Origin: a virus | Strand: one strand, 5' to 3' | Virus record (IMG/VR): IMGVR_UViG_3300045988_049479 | Span: 117,652 to 181,651 of that record | DNA length: 64,000 bases | Part shown: one piece after another, positions 60,299 to 64,000 of the stretch | How positions within the stretch are numbered: position 1 is the first letter of the stretch | Layout: each line of letters begins with the position of its first letter | Notes under the pieces: generated by a model | Database searches by the model: none | Seen by the model: only the letters and a program-made list of their open reading frames with translations | What the model was told of the DNA's origin: nothing | Made by a program: the position numbers and the translations under genes

Positions 60299-61073
60299 AA
60301 TTAAGTACGATGTTACTAGATTTCCTGATGGAGAGCCTCAGTTTTTCCTTACTGAGGAATTAAACAGAAAGGAATCTATTGATGTCATTTGTAGAATATC
60401 TAATACTGAGGATTTATTCCTCTTAATGCAAGTAGGAGATATTTTAGATAGACAAGAAGTAGAATGGGATTTACACATTACTTATTTAATGTCTATGCGT
60501 ATGGATAGAGTAATGAGTTTTAATCGTCCATTCTCCTTGAAAGTAGTATGTAATATGTTAAATAGCTTAGGCTATAGAAACATATATGTCCTTGAGGCAC
60601 ATTCTAGTAGAACTTTTCATCTTCTTGGTGACAGATGTTTACCTTGGGAATTTGGACACTACTCTTGGATTCCAGCCCAAAGTAATATCGTGTTCCCAGA
60701 CCATGGGGCGAAGGACAGATATGGAAGTAACTATTCTCACTATGGTTATTTAGTCTTCAAAAAGGAAAGAAATCTAGAGACTGGAAGAATTGAGTCCTTT
60801 GAAATAGAGGAGTCTAAGAATTGCTACTATTCTACATTTGTGTTCATTGATGACTTGTGTGATGCTGGAGGAACTTTCCTAGGAGAGCTTAAGGTTCTCA
60901 AAGAGAGATATCCAAATAGCAAGTTTATCATAATCGTATGTCATGCAGTTAATGATAAAGGCCTGGTTAATATGTGTAATAATTTTGACCAGGTTATTGT
61001 ATCTAATTCTCATAGGGATATTAATTATCGTCCCAGCAACGAGAACTTAACTGTAATAGACGTTTGTAAATAA
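60264..61073 (+). CDS. Ribose-phosphate pyrophosphokinase (PRPP synthetase)-like protein
   Basis: An FPDGE stretch near the N-terminus and a PRPP-binding-like VFIDDLCDAGGTF. Confidence 0.5.
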   Translation: MKLNLINKEISEIKYDVTRFPDGEPQFFLTEELNRKESIDVICRISNTEDLFLLMQVGDILDRQEVEWDLHITYLMSMRMDRVMSFNRPFSLKVVCNMLNSLGYRNIYVLEAHSSRTFHLLGDRCLPWEFGHYSWIPAQSNIVFPDHGAKDRYGSNYSHYGYLVFKKERNLETGRIESFEIEESKNCYYSTFVFIDDLCDAGGTFLGELKVLKERYPNSKFIIIVCHAVNDKGLVNMCNNFDQVIVSNSHRDINYRPSNENLTVIDVCK

Positions 61074-62009
61074 CAAAATAAAATGGTAATTGAAGGTCCT
61101 TTTTACAGACTTACTCCCATTAGTGAATCTTCTCCGAGGTTTGACTTGGAATTGTTGTATGATATTGGTGGGAAAAATCCGAGAAAAGAATTTAAAGTGG
61201 AGGGCTATGGCTATCCCCTAGAAGCTGCTATAGAGCGATGTCGCCATTATGCAGTAAGAAAAAAGTTCGGAAAAGATGAAGTTATAACTTTAGGTAGGTA
61301 CTTAGATGAGTTTAAAAAGGCAAAGGAGGAAATTAAACTCGAAGTCTCAGGAGATTCAGGAGATTCTAGCGGAGAGGCTGAATAAGCTTTGTAGATTCTT
61401 AGATGAGGAATATGACGTTAATTGTGGAGGGTGTTGCTATATAGCATACTGTCTAGCCAGGCTACTAAGTAGAGATAAATTCAAGTTCAAAGTCATTATT
61501 TACGAGGATTATGAACTAGAAGAAAAGTTTAGCGAAGTAGCGAGAAGTCATTATCATTATGCGATTTCTATTGGAAAGTACACCATAAACGCAGCAGATT
61601 GTGATGATGACGATAGCTTTTGCAGAAATGTGTATACTGGTGTAAAAGCTTCCGAACTACTATCTCACTATCAGAAATGTAGCTGGAATGACTGTTATAA
61701 TACTCAAAAGAATCAATTCATTTTTAAGACTATAAAGGTATTTTATGACGACCTCACGGAGGACTTACGAGAAGGATAAACAGATTGTGCATACGCATGA
61801 TAAGTTTATCTACTGTAGTTCAGTATATCAAATATGGAGCTGGGGAGCTGCTCTAATGGAAGAAAAATACTACTCTTCTAATAAACCCATTGTATTGAAA
61901 AAGAATCAACTATGCTGTAAGAGGAAGAAATACTCTCTGCATAGGTTCTTTGAATTACAATTTGCTCCCGAAGAATATTTAATTAATAACGGTTTTAAAA
62001 TTGTAGAAA

Positions 62010-62594
62010 ATGAAACAGGATGTGATTGAGTACATGGTAGACTCATTTGTAGACTTTAAGGGTGAAGAACGTAAAATTGTAGCTTGTGCTTTAAGTCAGG
62101 CTGCTGAAGTAAGTGAGGATGATTGTGTCTTAGCAGTAGGTTGGGTGGCTCCCGATGAATACATATGCACAAATGATCCGGACTATACTAGAATCTGTAG
62201 AGTAGTAACCGTTGGTATTGCAGTATGTAATCCTAGTGATACCTTCGATTTGGCTAAGGGACAGAAGAAGGCTTACGATAAGGCTCTTCATGATCCAAAG
62301 TGTCCAGCTATTTATACTACATCTAGAGGTGTAGCAGGTAAAGTGCTGGTAAAAGCATTCTTGGAACAGGAGCTTACTTTCTTGAAAGAAAATCCAGAGC
62401 GTATCATTAAGGGATATAACCAAATGAAAGCTCGGTTTGAAAGAAAAGAAGCCCTCAAAAATGAAATCAAAAATCTCTCTGATAAAGAGAAGCAAGCTTT
62501 GAATCTAGCTAAAGAAGGTATAGATGTAGTTAAATGCGCTGAACTGGTAACTAAAGCCAAAGCAATAGGCGTTGATCTGAATGAACAGGACTAA
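62010..62594 (+). CDS. Hypothetical protein
   Basis: Tracker ORF of 194 aa. Confidence 0.4.
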   Translation: MKQDVIEYMVDSFVDFKGEERKIVACALSQAAEVSEDDCVLAVGWVAPDEYICTNDPDYTRICRVVTVGIAVCNPSDTFDLAKGQKKAYDKALHDPKCPAIYTTSRGVAGKVLVKAFLEQELTFLKENPERIIKGYNQMKARFERKEALKNEIKNLSDKEKQALNLAKEGIDVVKCAELVTKAKAIGVDLNEQD

Positions 62595-63673
62595 GTTTTG
62601 CTATATCTTAATAGCCTTGATGGGATTGTTAATTATTTATTTGCTAATACCTAAGAAGGAAACCACAGTTTCTCCACCTAATGTGCAGGAAATAGTAAGG
62701 GATTCTATAATTAGAGATAGCATCTATATAGTTAACGATTCCATCGTGGAGAAAATTAAGTATATAGACAAAGAGTATGATGAGAAAGTATCTACTATTA
62801 TGTCTAGTTCTGATAGCATCAATTTGTGCTTTTTCTCAGAATACATCGACCGTTACAATAACCAGCGAGCAACTAAAAACAACTAATCTGATATTTGCTG
62901 AGCATCAGAAGTTGTCTGAAACTGTTCCGTTATTGAATAAGCGAATAACTAATCTAGAACTAATAAATAAGAGTTGGGAAAAAACGGATTCTCTTCGTAG
63001 AGTTCAGTTACTGTATTATGGAAACATAATTGAAGATAAAAATAGATCTATTGAAGGTCTTAATAAGTCTTTAAAAAAGAAGCAGAATGTCATTAAATAT
63101 GGCGCTGCTGGTTCATGTGTATTAATATTATTATGCCTATTACTGAAGTAATGTTTAAGGACAAAGATGGTTTTCACTACAAACATCCTGAACGTAGCTG
63201 CACTAGGTGTAAGAATTACCCTTGCTTGCCTAACATGGATAAGCTGCAAGGAGACTTCGCTTCTTATGGTTGTAGGAAGTTCGAGGATATTAATACATTT
63301 GAAGTGTGGAAACCAAAGAAGTAACTTACCATGTCAAATTTGTTGCTGAATGTGAGGACGGGATGGGATACGCTAATTATGTCTTTGAAAGGCTAGAATA
63401 TGATAATCTAGATTACAAGGATATAATGTGTGTTCGATTCCCGAATTGGAACCAGTGTTCTATGAAATTAGGAGATGTCGGCTATGTTTCACTAAGATAC
63501 GTAGAAGAAGGCATCGATAAATGGTACGATGGTAAAGATTTTGTTCCATACAAGGATAGTAATATAATTTTCTTGAAATTTATTCATGAAAAGCCTATCA
63601 TTGAAGATGGACAAATATTATTAGATTAACATTAAAAAGGAGATAAACTATGAAGTATTTTTAAAGAATAATT

Positions 63674-64000
63674 TATGACTGTATTAGGAGATAAGCTGAG
63701 AGAGGCTTTGAGCGATAAAACAAACGACGTTAATAGCTATGTATGGAAAGGACCTAAGGTAAATGGGGTCCAGGAGGAAATTAAATTGGTAGACGCAGGT
63801 TATGACCAGCTGAGACGATTCTACAATCATTGTGAACAAATGTTGTACAACTCTGATACCAAGAATCCGGGTCGTGTAACATTACTCGGAATTGTGTCCG
63901 ACCAAATACAAAGATGTCGTGCAGAGCTTCTTATTAGATGGCTTAGAGCTGAAAAGCAATACACAAACACACGTTGTTTGGAAGACTTGAAAGCTGTTAT
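63674..64000 (+). CDS. Hypothetical protein, 3' end beyond window
   Basis: An ATG at 63674 opens a frame that stays open to the window end. Confidence 0.35.

Overview
The window reads as a 64 kb slice of a large, AT-rich tailed-phage genome, all hand-analysed with no tools. Positions 1 to about 20,200 carry a leftward (minus-strand) late module. A divergent control region at 20,180 to 20,490 separates it from a rightward (plus-strand) early/accessory module running from 20,495 to the window end.

Main observations:
- **Amber recoding (TAG to Gln).** Late genes are dense in in-frame TAG codons, about 2 to 4 percent of codons in the fully traced genes, and still end on TAA or TGA. One case is a TAATG stop/start overlap at 6249-6253. 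In the reverse transcriptase a TAG sits at the conserved Q of its PIGN(Y/L)xSQ motif.
- **Suppressor tRNA.** A tRNA-Gln with a CUA anticodon lies on the minus strand at 19567-19638, at the head of the leftward transcription unit. It is a clear paralog of the window's own tRNA-Gln(UUG).
- **Diversity-generating retroelement (DGR).** The recoded RT is at 758-2032. An Asn-codon-rich template repeat (TR, 2174-2271) sits just downstream of a variable repeat (VR1, 2373-2470) at the 3' end of a 391-aa target gene. A second, remote VR lies on the opposite strand at 28831-28923 inside an early-region gene. In all, 23 of 25 VR1 mismatches and every aligned VR2 mismatch fall at TR adenines.
- **RNA genes.** The early module holds about 27 tRNA genes, several atypical or degenerate, and a tmRNA-like gene at 44585-45158 whose tag reading frame ends on TAA.
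- **Other early-module genes.** These include HNH and GIY-YIG homing endonucleases flanking tRNA-Leu, with the GIY-YIG gene carrying two TAGs. There is an NfeD/flotillin (SPFH) pair, an OmpA-like protein, and a NadV/Prs-like NAD-salvage pair. Also present are RNase H, two AAA+ ATPases, a radical-SAM protein and a GH73-like glucosaminidase.
- **Late-module genes.** A TerL-like gene spans 11840-14200 with about 16 TAG codons, and a coiled-coil fibre-like gene spans 6251-7840 with about 20.

All coordinates come from manual indexing and could be off by a few bases. Functional calls rest on motifs I recognise, not on any database search.
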